From Eukaryota sp. TZLM1-RC (taxonomy: Eukaryota; Protista; Metamonada: BaSk clade): DNA of 64,000 nucleotides. Location: the NCBI GenBank assembly GCA_040285825.1, contig JAUPSS010000004.1, positions 1,116,001 to 1,180,000 of the forward strand. Reading direction: 5' to 3'. How positions within the stretch are numbered: position 1 is the stretch's first letter; every line of letters starts with the position of its first letter. The translations under genes were made by a program, and so were the position numbers. The notes below the pieces were generated by a model. The model was given only the letters and a program-made list of their open reading frames with translations, was not told the DNA's origin and did not search any database. Positions 1 to 12,664 of the stretch are shown here, piece by piece.

Positions 1-183
1 TGGGCGTTTACCTGGACCAGAACCTCGTGGTCTGGGGATGTCAGGTGGGGAGGAACGACCGTGGGAGGTCGGCGAGAGGCCTGCTGATGAGTTAATTGGT
101 TCTGATAGGTGAAATCGACATGGTTCAGTTGTTCCATGAACGATCTGGCGTTACAGAAATTCTCGTATTCAATTTGAAGAACA

Positions 184-3063
184 CTAAAAGAATTCGCCAA
201 GGGTGTGCCCATCGCATGAGTAGTGGGAGGGAGAGGACCAGATCCTGAGGAGTCTGTCTCTGATAGGGATAATTCCTACGCTTTCTAAGACATGAGTAGC
301 AACTACCCAGTCTGGAAGTCTATCAGCTGGAGGAGTGGAGCTTATGGAGAATGTTCTCAATTGTTGAGAGATGCCCCTAAACTCTTGGATGGCGGTGGAG
401 CGAGTCAAAACTCTGCCGATGTTGACCATGAAGTCAATCCATCTATTGCCATAATCTCTTTCCGACCAGTCCATGTTGGTTGCGAGGAGAGCTCGATTAG
501 CCTCATCCAGTCTGCTGAATTGGGTTCTTCTTAGAATTTGAGCCCAAATGATGCGTTCATCTCTTGAGGTAGGAACCGTGGGAGAAGAGATAGCTAGGTG
601 AGCACCTTGGTATCGTAGCGCATTTAACACCTCGGGGGTGACACATTCAGCGAGGCCTCGGGGGTTGATCCTCATGGCTTGACGGAACAAGTCCCATTCG
701 TGAACTGGTTCTCCAGTGATGTTACCAAAATACTCATCGATCGATGGTTGGGAACCTTCTCTAGCTAGTTCTAATTCTTCACGTAGTCTGGCAACTTCGT
801 TAGCTAGAGCTATCTGGGCTGGATCCTCAACATTACCTCTCGTTTCTCTTAGGACTCGGTCGGTACGACTCCAGAGAATGAATTTGTTGACAAACTTTAG
901 GAGTTTATCAGCGTCTCTCAAATCAGAAGCTTCAAGATATGGGCGTTTAGGACGGTCCCTACGTCTGTCATCTCGATCTCTTGATCCAATCATTGAAGAG
1001 AGGAGAAGGCTACTTTCGTATGTGCCCGAGAAGGGTGAATGATGTGAGGAAATGGAGGATGTTGAACCTGTTGTGGAAGGTGTAGGTAGGGGTTGAGGAG
1101 CTCGACTAACGGGAGTGATGGGAGCAGGTACCGCATCAGAAGATGTGGTGGGGGTGGGTGATTCACTGCTCACAGTGACAACGTCGTCGTCAGCTTGTTC
1201 CATAGCAGATTGGTTGGGGTTAGAGGTTTCCGTGACAGGAAATGAATCAGTTTCCATGGGAGGTTGTGGTGATTCAGGAGGTTGAGCGGAGGAAGATGGA
1301 GCTTCACTCTGTTGAGGTTCAGGGGAAGGTACTGTCTCTTCGATCTGGGCTGGAACCTGATAAGAAGAGATCGCTGGTTGAACCAAGCGTGTTTTCTCTA
1401 TACGACCTTCTACCATTACCCACTTTAACATCCTGGATTCTATGCATCCAGGGAAAACGGTGACGAGCTGGAGGGCTCTTTGAAGATTGCCAGATCTTCT
1501 GTGGTCGGGACCACAATATGACGCTATATGATCAGGACGTCTATCATATAGAAAGAGTCTTTCACCATATGTGGTTTCGGTAAACCACCACCCTGTTCTA
1601 TAATCTCTGTCGATAAGGATATCGAGAGATGCGTTGTACCCAGGGCTGAACCTAGGGTATGGGCAAGGGTTGTGAACGTTTATGAAGAGGTTGTCTTCAT
1701 CTCCAGCGAAGCGTCTGAATACTCCTTCTCGAGTAGTTCTCATGAACCTAACTCCGGGTCTTGGTTCATAAGTTGGTTCAGGGTCATTCCTGGAGGTTTC
1801 TGGGGTGATCCTTTCATCGGAAAGAAATGGACCAATTCTGGGAGAGATCCATATTCCTAAGTCGTTCTCGACTTTGGGGCCGTAGAAAGGAGGACGCTTG
1901 TTGCTCATCTCCGTGGGAGGGATGGCCTCTGGGTCCTCTGGAATGACTCGTGTGTCCCTATATCTAGCGTAAGGGTTGTGCTGGCGGGAAGCACCATGAT
2001 GAACACTTGAGCTAGCGTAGGAGCTAGTTTGAGAAGGGGTAAGTTGAGCAGGTGTAGAGGATGTTCCTCTTCTAGCCTGTAACTCTCTTTCCAATCTGTT
2101 CTTGAGTTTCCAGATTCGATCTTCATGGAAGTAACGTTCTAAATATTTTTTAGAAACCTCACCAGTTTCTCTATCAATTTCAGGAACATGTTCCGTGGGA
2201 GGAACCGGAGGTTGAGCTGTGTGAGAAAATTCCCAGGGAGGTTCCTCATAGTCAACCAGATCTGAAAATAATAGTTCATACCTCTTCCTTTGCTCTTCGG
2301 AAAGATGCGAAGGAAAATTTGGTGTGCTAGGAGTGGAATCTCTAGCCTGGGGAGGGGAAACAGACAGATTGTTAACTCCTCTTACTGTTGATGTAGTAAG
2401 AGGAGATCCTGAAGTTGGGACAGCAGGATTTTGAATAGTTCCCCTAACAGTTGGAACTGGAGGGAGAAGCTGTTGAGAGTGAGAGGGTGGGACCTCAGAA
2501 CTAGATAAAAGGGATGAAGATGGTACTTCAATGGCCTTAGTGGAGGAGGAAGAGGGTAGATCTTCCAATCCTTCCTTTGACGTGAGAGAAGGTTGAACAG
2601 TCTCTCTGTTCTGAATAGAAGGTGAAGTTGGTACTTCAGAACTTCTTTCTGGGAGGGGAGAAGGTGGGACTTCAGACGCCCTTAAATGTGAAGGAGGAAG
2701 AGGAGCAACGGAATCCTCAACATCTTCATCGTCGTAGGAGACTAATGAAGGGCTTCTTCCTTCCGAAGGAATAGAATCCTTAGGAGGGTTGTCTCCTTCC
2801 ACAGGAACGGAATCCCGAGGAGAGGAACTTCCTTCCATGGGAACGGAATCCTCAGGAAGGGAACTATCTTCCTTTGGGGTAGAACCCTCGGGAAGAGTTG
2901 CTTCAGGAAGCGCAGAAGCTTCAACCGAAGAAGGAGGCACGGAAGCAGAGTCTGTGGTTAGTGGTGAGGAAGAGGGACCAGTCTCTTCCTCAAGGATCCT
3001 ACGCTGAGCCGGGGACGACCCAATACGTATTGATGGTCTTGGCTGTTGGTTATTGTCTGACAT
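184..3063 (-). CDS. Giant Gag-like protein of an LTR retrotransposon (Ser/Pro-rich N-terminus); continues to the window edge after a 1-nt frameshift near 187
   Basis: 959-aa ORF. RWIDFMVNIGRVLTRST aligns with SWTAFMEQIIYIIRRST in the Gypsy Gag at 39818-40312. Removing one T from TTTT near 187 keeps the frame open (EFFSVLQIEYENFCN...) to position 1. Confidence 0.65.
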   Translation of the reverse strand: MSDNNQQPRPSIRIGSSPAQRRILEEETGPSSSPLTTDSASVPPSSVEASALPEATLPEGSTPKEDSSLPEDSVPMEGSSSPRDSVPVEGDNPPKDSIPSEGRSPSLVSYDDEDVEDSVAPLPPSHLRASEVPPSPLPERSSEVPTSPSIQNRETVQPSLTSKEGLEDLPSSSSTKAIEVPSSSLLSSSEVPPSHSQQLLPPVPTVRGTIQNPAVPTSGSPLTTSTVRGVNNLSVSPPQARDSTPSTPNFPSHLSEEQRKRYELLFSDLVDYEEPPWEFSHTAQPPVPPTEHVPEIDRETGEVSKKYLERYFHEDRIWKLKNRLERELQARRGTSSTPAQLTPSQTSSYASSSVHHGASRQHNPYARYRDTRVIPEDPEAIPPTEMSNKRPPFYGPKVENDLGIWISPRIGPFLSDERITPETSRNDPEPTYEPRPGVRFMRTTREGVFRRFAGDEDNLFINVHNPCPYPRFSPGYNASLDILIDRDYRTGWWFTETTYGERLFLYDRRPDHIASYCGPDHRRSGNLQRALQLVTVFPGCIESRMLKWVMVEGRIEKTRLVQPAISSYQVPAQIEETVPSPEPQQSEAPSSSAQPPESPQPPMETDSFPVTETSNPNQSAMEQADDDVVTVSSESPTPTTSSDAVPAPITPVSRAPQPLPTPSTTGSTSSISSHHSPFSGTYESSLLLSSMIGSRDRDDRRRDRPKRPYLEASDLRDADKLLKFVNKFILWSRTDRVLRETRGNVEDPAQIALANEVARLREELELAREGSQPSIDEYFGNITGEPVHEWDLFRQAMRINPRGLAECVTPEVLNALRYQGAHLAISSPTVPTSRDERIIWAQILRRTQFSRLDEANRALLATNMDWSERDYGNRWIDFMVNIGRVLTRSTAIQEFRGISQQLRTFSISSTPPADRLPDWVVATHVLESVGIIPIRDRLLRIWSSPSHYSCDGHTLGEFF
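2750..2900 (-). repeat. Degenerate 36-bp (12-aa) coding tandem repeat, about 4 copies
   Basis: PKEDSSLPEDSVPMEGSSSPRDSVPVEGDNPPKDSIPSEG. Confidence 0.7.
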
Positions 3064-3233
3064 ACAATGTAGAGTAACAGAAGTGTAATTTATTACGAAG
3101 AGGAATTGTATTCACTCTTCTTAAGCTAACAGGCGGAATACTAATAACTAAACTATTAACTATAAATACTATTCAAGACTAACAATAGTTGCAGAAGATG
3201 AGAGAGTAGAATTTGCAACCAAATAAACCAAAA

Positions 3234-3417
3234 ACTGGGAGAAATTTCAACAGATTGTTTTGGCAAAATAGAATTGTGTTTTCTATTTTTAAGGGGATGT
3301 TGAAGATGGTTTCTGATGCTTTGCTTTCTCTTGGATCTCACTATGAGAGAGTTGCATCTAGTGTTTTTGTTCTGGGAGAGATGGATTTTTTAGATGTTGA
3401 TTTATAGGTTTTGAATA
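3234..3417 (+). mobile_element. Family B non-LTR 3' stub
   Basis: Ends DFLDVDL* plus AATAAA. TSD AAATAAACCAAAA at 3221-3233 and 3418-3430. Confidence 0.9.
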
Positions 3418-3772
3418 AAATAAACCAAAACCTTATATAGATGCGATCAAAAATGATTAACCATTAAAAACAAAACAACAACAGATTTACAATGGAAGCA
3501 ATTCAGGAACTCCAAATGCATAGTATATGTAGATAAGTGAAGAGAATAATAATGTAAATGGACCATGATGTTCCAATGCTCCTAAATTTAATATTGTTGA
3601 TCTATGAAGTTTTTGGTTAAATAATATACCTCAAATGCAATTCAATGTATATACACTAAAAGAGATACACTTAAAAAAGATTTCCCTGTGCTTAAACACT
3701 AGAGCGAAAAACACAATAAACTATAACATTTTGCTATATCTATTCAAAATATAAATCCATCCACGGCCTTCA

Positions 3773-4335
3773 ATGAATGTTATCACATACAACTCAAACC
3801 CAAACAACTGGTCACGGCAATCCTCACGGCAATCCTCCCTTCTTCCCAACAACGTGTTTTGTGACACAGAGGTTTCTGATGACAATAATGTCCAATATCA
3901 TGCTCAGTTCCTGCACAAAGAAGTACAACACCCTAACGACATTTTGACTGACGATTCCTCACCCCTTCCTTCTACACTAGATGTAAGCCTACATGGTGCC
4001 AGGCCTGTTTTGGATGATTCTAAACAATCCCAGTCAGTCAAAAGTTTTGAAGTAGGTGAACTTGATGAAATTGCTGCGGAAAAGAACAAGATAAAGATAA
4101 TGGAATTGCTTCAAAAAAGAATAGAAGGAAGGAACGAAGTAAGAGAATGAATGTCAATAGCGGAGATGAAAAGTATAATGATTACTCCTATTTTGGACAT
4201 TGCAGAATTGCAATTGTGCCAGGTGTGTTTCATGGTGCCGTGGTCAAACGAAACGCACCACCACACATTGTAATATTTTCTTTTCAGCGAAAACAATTAC
4301 GGGTAGGATTTTCAGAAAATGTCAGTATATTAGTA
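3773..4335 (+). pseudogene. Unique ORF fragments of unknown product, cut by the family C tail
   Basis: Two abutting ORFs (3773-4150, 4147-4371) with no recognisable domain. Confidence 0.25.
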
Positions 4336-4339
4336 GATT

Positions 4340-5258
4340 ATAATTTGTATTTATTGAATTTGCACACTTAATTGAATTAACTCAATACTAATGGGACGAC
4401 TATCATTGAACCAAGATTTCCTTTACAAAATCTTGATCTGCTTGCTGTCTAACCAAAGCTTTTCTTATTCGATTGAAAAACCGTGGTTATCTATTGATAA
4501 TGGCAAATGGAATCCGTGAACGCCATGAAAAATATCATATCTTTTCATTGTTTTTTCTTGCACCATTTTTTGGAAGTCATTCAAAAAAGTTTCTGTTTCA
4601 TCTGATAATCTTCCACTTATCGAAAATGAGAAAGCAATAAAAACCAGCTGTGTATTTCTATCAGCATTAGCCTCTTCAATATCTTGATCATATTTTCTAT
4701 GTTTCTCTTTTGCTTTAAAATCCAGAGTAGCCACAGGATTAAGTTTTCTTCTGTGAACCAAAGTATCATTTGCAAACATCACATAAGACAAAGTCAACAA
4801 TAGATTCAGAATTATCAATCCAATCGCAGTATACATCACCTCTATCATCAGAACCAAAATTATTCAGAGAAAGTGTTTCCTTCAGCAGGGGCTCTTTGAT
4901 ACACGATATCCTTGCAGTTTGTGCCATATTGAAAACAGTGTCTCTAACATTTTTTTTTACAAATTTTTAATTTTATTCAAAACCTATAAATCAACATCTA
5001 AAATGTGTCTCTAACAGCATCATGTAATGAAGAACGATAAGTTATTATTTAGAGCAATTCAGAGCATGCTGCAAAGTGAGTTGAGGTGAATTCGAACAAA
5101 TACATTTTTCTTTTGAAAATGGTTATTGATTAATGGGAATATTCAAATATAATCTCATTTTTGTTAGAAATGCTTCATTAGTGGCACACAATCGAAATCT
5201 TCGTGGTACAATAGTTACAAAAAGTGAAGAATCTGATGACTTGTTTTCACAAACACCC
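4340..5258 (-). mobile_element. Family C, 5'-truncated and degenerate
   Basis: C 3' UTR and RLE region; interrupted by the B stub at 4950-5004. Confidence 0.9.
4950..5004 (-). mobile_element. Family B 55-bp 3' stub
   Basis: B stop, UTR and A-tail. TSD GTGTCTCTAACA at 4938-4949 and 5005-5016. Confidence 0.9.
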
Positions 5259-5534
5259 AAAATCTTGGTCTGCTTGCTGTCTAGCTAAAGCTTCTCTTAT
5301 TCTATTGAAAAACCGTGGTAATCTATTAATAATGGCAAATTGAATCCGCGAATGCCATAAAAAATATCAAATCTTTTCATTGTTTTTTCTTGCACCATTT
5401 TTTGGAAGTCATTCAAAAAAATTTCTGCTTCAACTGATAATCTTCCATTTATCGAAAATGGGAAAGCAATAAAAACCAGCTGTGTATTTCTATCGACATT
5501 AGCCTCTTCAATATCTTTATCATATTTTCTATGT

Positions 5535-7091
5535 AAACATTTCATTACGTTTAAAAGCAAAGTGCATAATAACGTCAGGGACCAAATTTATGTAATGTGC
5601 AAATCATATCGAGTAGATTCCTTTTTAGAACCGCTGTTATCAAAATTAATTCTTGATGATCCCAATATTGATAGTACGCGTTACAACAGAGCTTCTATGG
5701 GTCTGACTAGAGGTGATCTAGTTGTTCCTGGTTTAAATGGTAGTTTTACTATTTTGGACGCCATGTCTATTGACCCTTGTAATTCCTCTAACGAACATCT
5801 CATTAACTCGGATGTAAATAATCCTCTTCTTGCAGGCGAAAAATATAAAATTGCTAAATATGCGAAACCCATTTCCTCGGTAAATGAAAATTCTCATGCC
5901 CAATATAATTTATGTCCATTTGTTTTTTCCTTGCTTGGATCTCTAGGTAAGGCTGCTATGGCTTTCCTTGAGGATTTTGTTGTAGTTGTAAAGGAAAGAA
6001 CTGGAAGAATTTTCAATCGTGTTTACTGGCAAAACAGGATTGTATTTTCTATTTTTAAGGGAATGGTAAAACTAATTTCTGATTCACTATCTTCTTTTGG
6101 GAAATTTTCTGAATCTTTAGCAATTAATTGTTTTGATGTAGGGGAGGCAGGTTTTGAGGATGTGGAGTTTTAATTGTGTATTTCATATTTGTTGTTGAAT
6201 AAAAATAAATGAATTTAATATAAAGAATCAAATAAAAACAAAACAAACTAAAACACATAAGAAACTAAATTCTCCACGCCAACTCTTGATGAATCCTTAT
6301 AAAGTTTAGACATCATTAAACTCAAGTACTTGGGAACACTTCTGTACAAAGCGAAAATGATACGATTTTTCCATAAATTCTCTGCAAAATTCTTACCACT
6401 TGAACGACATAAATTACCAAAATCATTGATGAAATTCAAGGCGGATTGTCCAATGTTGCCAAAAATTGAAAAGGCAAAAGGAACAAACGAAAACTTCGAA
6501 TAAAGGTTCTTATTTAAATCATTTAATATCTCAGTATATTTATCTCTCTTACGATCTTCAGCCTTGTTCAAATGACCATTAGTACTAAGTAAAACATCAT
6601 CGCGATAAACCAAAGCAAAGGGATCAACTGTAGTGAAATCAACAACAACTTGAGAGGAATCCACAAAAGGAGCAATTAAATCACCTCGACGTGAATTAAA
6701 AAGATTATCATCACTATAATGCTTCAACAAAGGTTCTACTTTGCAACTAAAATTGTAACACTTGAACATCTCATATGTCACATCACGAACGGCATTATGA
6801 AGAACTGACCTATATTGGAGAAATTTCTTACAGCTCACAATATGACGAAAATTGGCAGTAGGTTTTTTGTTACAAATACAATAAGAATTGTCCAAAAGAC
6901 CACTTGGATACATCCCTAATCTCAACCGCATGTTTTGTTTCCAAGCTTCATTTGTTAAGTGAAGACCAAATGGCCTTGGTTGCTGAGATATTAAACTAGT
7001 ACAGTTCTGAATGTCTGATAAAAAGGCAGCAAAGACGGGATTATTAATCTTAGTCACACTAAGTCACACTAAAATAAATGAATTAAAAATT
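5535..7091 (+). mobile_element. Family A, 5'-truncated (RLE domain), with family E inserted in its tail
   Basis: ORF 5562-6173 ending AGFEDVEF*; 12-bp TSD. Confidence 0.9.
6216..7070 (-). mobile_element. Family E, 5'-truncated (zinc knuckle + RLE); single copy in the window
   Basis: CxC..H...C, RRGD..VVDFT, EDRKRDKY, PFAFSIFG. TSD AAAATAAATGAATT at 6202-6215 and 7071-7084. Confidence 0.9.
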
Positions 7092-9700
7092 TATTTTCTA
7101 TGTTTCTCTTTTGCTTTAAAATCCAGAGCAGCCACAGGATTAAGTTTTCTTCTGTGAACCAAAGTATCATTTGCAACATTACATGAGACAAAGTCAACAA
7201 TAGCTTCAGAATTATCAATCCAATCACAGTATACATCACCTCTATCATCAGAACCAAAATTATTCAGAGAAAGTGTTTCCTTCAGCAGGGGCTCTTTGAT
7301 ACACGATATCCTTGCAGTTTGTACCATATTAAAAACAGTGTCTCTAACAGCATCATGTAATGAAGAACGATAAGTTATCAATTTAGAACAATTCAAAGCA
7401 TGGCGCAAAGTGAGTTGAGGTGAATTCGAACAAGTACATTTTTCTTTTGATAATAATTGATTAATGGGGATGTTCAAATATAATCTCATTTTTGTTACAA
7501 ATGCTTCATTAGTGGCACACAATCCAAATCTTCGTGGTACAATAGTTACAAAAAGTGAAGAATCTGACGACTTGTTTTCACAAACACCCTTTTCCAACAA
7601 CAATGAGTGAAGATCTTGATTTAAAACAGCCGAGCTGCAAATACTATTATAAAAATCTTTTTCATTCATTCCAGTCAATCGTTTCTGTAATGTTCGCAGA
7701 GTGTACTTCAAATTTAAAACATTTTTTTCTGGAATATTGCCATTGAATGATTGGGGAAAACATCGACCCCATTTTTCTACATCAATTTTTGAAATTTCTT
7801 CATTTAATGCAATTCATTTTTTTTTCTCCCTCCCTTAGTCTACCCTCTCATATTTCACTTTCTGTCACGGCGTCAAAGTCGTACTGTGTCTTTGCCAAAA
7901 CGATGCCATTGGCTGACAGTGACTCTGATACTGATTGGAATGCCCAAGTGAAGGTTCTACCCGTCAGATCAAGTTCATCACCTTCATTCCTCCACTCTCC
8001 CCACCCTCTAAGCTATGCTCGAAATTCTTCTCAAAAAAAATTCAAATTCAAAAAATGATCAGTGTGCCGCAAAAAACACAAAACTCTCAACAAATGTTCC
8101 CCGTTGCTCATCCTGTCATAAAGTTGGTCATAAAAAGAATTCTAAAAAATGTGAAAATTATCAAAATCCATCTACTTCTTATTCTGTAACTGCCGCTGCT
8201 TTTTTTTACAAAATTTTAATTTTATTCAAAACCTATAAATCAACATCTAAAAAATCCATCTCTCCCAGAACAAAAACACTAGATGCAACTCTCTCATAGT
8301 GAGATCCAAGAGAAAGCAAAGCATCAGAAACCATCTTCAACATACCCTTAAAAATAGAAAACACAATTCTATTTTGCCAAAACAATCTGTTGAAATTTCT
8401 GCCAGTTCTTCTCTTTACAATCATTTCAAAATCATCCAAAAAACGTAAAGCAGTTGGTGCAAGTGAACCAAAAAGGGAAAATACAAATGGATACAAATTG
8501 TATTTTGCATGCTGCAGACTGGCCTATTTAGACAAAGGTTCATTGTATTTTTTGAATTTAAAATTTTCAGCATTTGAAAGGGGATTATGAATTTCAGAAT
8601 TAACTAGCCTTTCATTTGAGGCATTACAAGGATCAACAGACATTACATCCAATAAAATGAAACTTCCATCTAATCCAGGTAATATAACATCACCTCTATT
8701 ATTCTTATGAAAATCATCTTCAGCATCAAACAGATTTGACAACAGAGGTTCCAAGAAGGATTCAATTCTATGAGATTTACACATACAATATAACTGGTCT
8801 CTTACAGCATCATGAACCTTGCTTCTAAAAGTAATAAAATGTTTACAATTTAACAAATGAGTAGTTGTAATTTCTCGAGAACATTTACAAATTAAATGAT
8901 GAGGTAAATTATCAGGCCAGATAAAGGAACGAAATCTCATATTCAGAGTCCAAGCAGAATCAGTTAAGAGAGTACCATAAACTTGGGGAATTGTTGTTAC
9001 TAAGGCAGAAGTACTGTCACACATATCTTGTAAAAGATTTGCAAAAGCGGGATTCTTTTTCTTGGCCAAGCCAAGTCTAACATCAAAATCCAAACTTTCA
9101 AAAATCTTTGACAATTTTTGTTGAAGCTTTTTACAGCAAAACTGTAAATTAAAAAGAGATCGGTTTGGAATTTCTTGAATTGATTGAGGAAAACATTTGG
9201 TCCAAATTTGTGGCGGCAATTTTTCAAGTTCACAAGATAACTCATACAAATAAGGACTGCAATTGGGAACTAACAGATGAGAATCATCAGGAAATCTATG
9301 AGAAAATTCATAAATAAAATTTTTGCCACCACCCAAGAATGCTGATTGACACAAAATTGAAGATTTAGTAAATCCAATACCACCCAAATTTGCTGAAGAA
9401 AATAAATGGCTTTTCAACATTCCTGGTTCTACATCCAATAAATCAGCAAAAAATTCTGTTCTCAATGAATTAAAAGAACGACAAAAATCTAATGCTATGG
9501 ATGGAGCACAAGATCTCAAAATATGGGTTATTCTCCCAGTGTAGCAAATTTTAAGCATAAAAAATTTAATATGCTTTTCTATATCTAAAGAAGAAATTGA
9601 ATCAAGTTCAATTTTCATTTTTTCCAAAATAACTTGTAATTCATTCTGAATTTGAGGCACGTTTCCTAACCAACAACCAAGAAACTTAAAAACATCACTA

Positions 9701-9790
9701 GTAGGTTCAGTAACAGTGACGCTTGTTTGGAGGATATTGAATTCTAGATGGTTATTTTTATCTCAATAAATATTCCAGTTTTTTAAAAAA
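9701..9790 (+). mobile_element. Family F 3' stub
   Basis: SDACLEDIEF* plus UTR matches 27850-27935. TSD AACATCACTA at 9691-9700 and 9791-9800. Confidence 0.85.
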
Positions 9791-9967
9791 AACATCACTA
9801 CTATAATTAGTAAAAGGGACAATAGAATCGTTTATCACGAGGTCTTGAGCAGAAGAGCCAGTCAGAAGACATTTGCTGGCATTAAGATGAAGCCCAATAT
9901 TTTCATATGAAACGGCAATTTCTTGAGCAACCAAATCTAGTAAATCAAATGAACCAATCAAGGATAT

Positions 9968-12664
9968 TCAAGCAAGAAAATTGTTTTTGAGAGGTAGATA
10001 TGGAAGCGGATTAAAAAATATTTTTTTGGGAAAACTGGCTGATAACAATCTCGAAACTGTTGAAAAATTGAAATCCCTCCATCCAACTGAAAATTTTTGC
10101 CCCAGTAAGCCTTCTATTTGTCAATATTGGCTCGAAAATCCATTTCAGGCTCAAGAAGTATTGAATGCCGTTGCTAAATTACCAAAAGGAAAAGCTGCTG
10201 GTCCTTCAGGCATTTCCTTTGATTTGTTAAAAACTGCTTGTAAAAATACTCCAGAAATTTCTGAGGATCTTGCTTCCTATTTTCAAAATTTAATGTGTTT
10301 GAATTATGTTCCTCCGCCTGAATTGACTGCTGCCCGTTTAGTTGCTTTAGTTAAACCTGGTAAAGGTGACAAACCTGATGGAGTTAGACCAATTGCTATT
10401 GGAGAGTCATTAACCAGATTGCTTTCTTCGCTTATTTTTAACAGAATTTCTACTAAAGCAAGGGACTATTTGAAGCCTTTCCAATTTGGTATAAAAACTA
10501 TTGAAGGTGCTTCTGTTGCTTCAATGACTTCAGATGTTTTTTTCAATAGTCAACAACATCAATATATTTTCAATTTGGATTTCAAAAATGCTTTCAATTC
10601 TGTGAAACGTAATTGTTTTTTTGATGTGCTTCTTCATGATTTTCCTGAACTTTCTGCATATTTTTATTTATTTTATGGAAAAAAAATCAGACTTAATTTT
10701 TGACTCCTTTACCCTTGAATCTTCTTCTGGTGTGAAACAAAATGATCCTCTTGGCCCTTTGCTGTTTTGTTTGGCTATTCATAATATTATTAAAATGACA
10801 CAACAAGATTTCCCTGATTTGCGTATTGTTGCCTATATGGATGACATTTCTATTATTGGTTCTTTTAAAAAGCATTTCTAGGGTCTCTGAAGACATTGCG
10901 GCGAAATACAAAGAAATTGGATTAGCTTTGAACCCATCTAAATGTCTCTTGATTGGTAGAGAAAAACAATCTTTGATGATTGGTGGAGCTCAGATTCCTT
11001 TTATCAATTATGACCAACAAGCTTTTAAGTTTCTTGGATGTTGGCTTGGCAATTTGGATGAAATTTATTCCCAGTTAAACAATTTATTGGAGAAGTTTGA
11101 CAAGGATCTTAGTTTTATTGCTGAATGTGACATTGAGAAACATCAAATTTTTTATTTTAAAAATTTGTTATTCTGGAAAATTCACTCATATTTTAAGGTC
11201 AACTCCCCCATCGGTATCTCTCAATTTTTGCAGATCTTTTAACAAACTTTGAGTCAAATTTTTTTCTTCTTTATTAGAAGTAAATGAATCTTTAATTCGA
11301 AGTCATGTATTTTGTTCAGCAGATTTGGGTGGAATTGGATTCACCAAATCTTCGATTCTGTGTAAAGCAGCTTTTTCAGGAGGTGGTAAAAATTTTGTTT
11401 TTGAATTTTTCCAAAGGTTCCCTTTTGATGTTCATCTGATCAATGGTGAATCAAATTTTTACTTGAATCAACTGCAATTTGAATTAGAAAATTTGCCTAG
11501 TGATATCTGGATTCAGTGTTTTCCTCAAAATGTTCAAGAAATTCCCACCCGATCACTTCCAAATTTACGTTTTTGCTTGAAAAAGCTTCAGCACCATCTG
11601 GTTAAATTATATGAAGGCTTGGATTTTGAAGTAAGACTTGGCTTGGCCAAAACTAAAAATCCCGCTTTCGGTAATTTTTTAAAGGATATTCGTGATAGTT
11701 CAGCTGCTGCTTTAGTAACTCAAGTTCCCTCTGTTTATGGACGTTTGTTAAAAAACAATGAATGGCTTCTAAACATGCGTTTTCGTTGTTTTCTGTGGCC
11801 AAACAATTTGCCCAATCATTTAACTTGTAAATGTGGTAAACCTCTTTTGTTTACTCATCTTTTGAACTGCAAACATTATTTATATATTTATTGAATTTGT
11901 ACACTTAATTAAATTAACTCAATACTAATGGGACGACTATCATTGAACCAAGATTTCCTCTACAAAATCTTGATCTGCAAACATTTCATTACGTTTAGAA
12001 GCAAAGTGCATAATAACGTCAGGGACCAAATTTATGTAATGTGCAAATCATATCGAGTAGATTCCTTTTTAGAACCGCTGTTATCAAAATTAATTCTTGA
12101 TGATCCCAATATTGATAGTACGCGTTACAACAGAGCTTCTATGGGTCTGACTAGAGGTGATCTGGTTGTTCCTGGTTTAAATGGTAGTTTTACTATTTTG
12201 GACGCCATGTCTATTGACCCTTGTAATTCCTCTAACGAACATTTCATTAACTCGGATGTAAATAATCCTCTTCTTGCAGGCGAAAAATATAAAATTGCTA
12301 AATATGCGAAACCCATTTCCTCGGTTAATGAAAATTCTCATGCCCAATATAATTTATGTCCATTTGTTTTTTCTTTGCTTGGATCTCTAGGTAAGGCTGC
12401 TATGGCTTTCCTTGAGGATTTTGTTGTAGTTGTAAAGGATAGAACTGGAAGAATTTTCAATCGTGTTTACTGGCAAAACAGGATTGTATTTTCTATTTTT
12501 AAGGGAATGGTAAAACTAATTTCTGATTCACTATCTTCTTTTGGGAAATTTTCTGAATCTTTAGCAATTAATTGTTTTGATGTAGGGGAGGCAGGTTTTG
12601 AGGATGTGGAGTTTTAATTGTGTATTTCATATTTGTTGTTGAATAAAAATAAATAAGTAAAAAA
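9968..12664 (+). mobile_element. Family A, 5'-truncated and frameshifted
   Basis: RT+RLE ORF pieces. TSD AATCAAGGATAT at 9956-9967 and 12665-12676. Confidence 0.92.
11878..11974 (-). mobile_element. Family C 3' stub
   Basis: TSD CTGCAAACATT at 11867-11877 and 11975-11985. Confidence 0.9.

Larger units (their letters stand above)
5259..7812 (-). mobile_element. Family C fragment split by an A insertion (pieces 5259-5534 and 7092-7812)
   Basis: KEKHRK|YDKDIEE rejoins across TSD TATTTTCTATGT (5523-5534, 7092-7103). Confidence 0.85.

Noticed and set aside
3064-3770. LTR/PBS of the left-edge element
   Set aside because: No second LTR copy is in the window to define the boundaries.
5681-5872. 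Recurrent antisense 63-aa ORF (MGFAYLAIL...) and similar short ORFs
   Set aside because: They recur only because the copies are near-identical and are shadows of the RLE frame.
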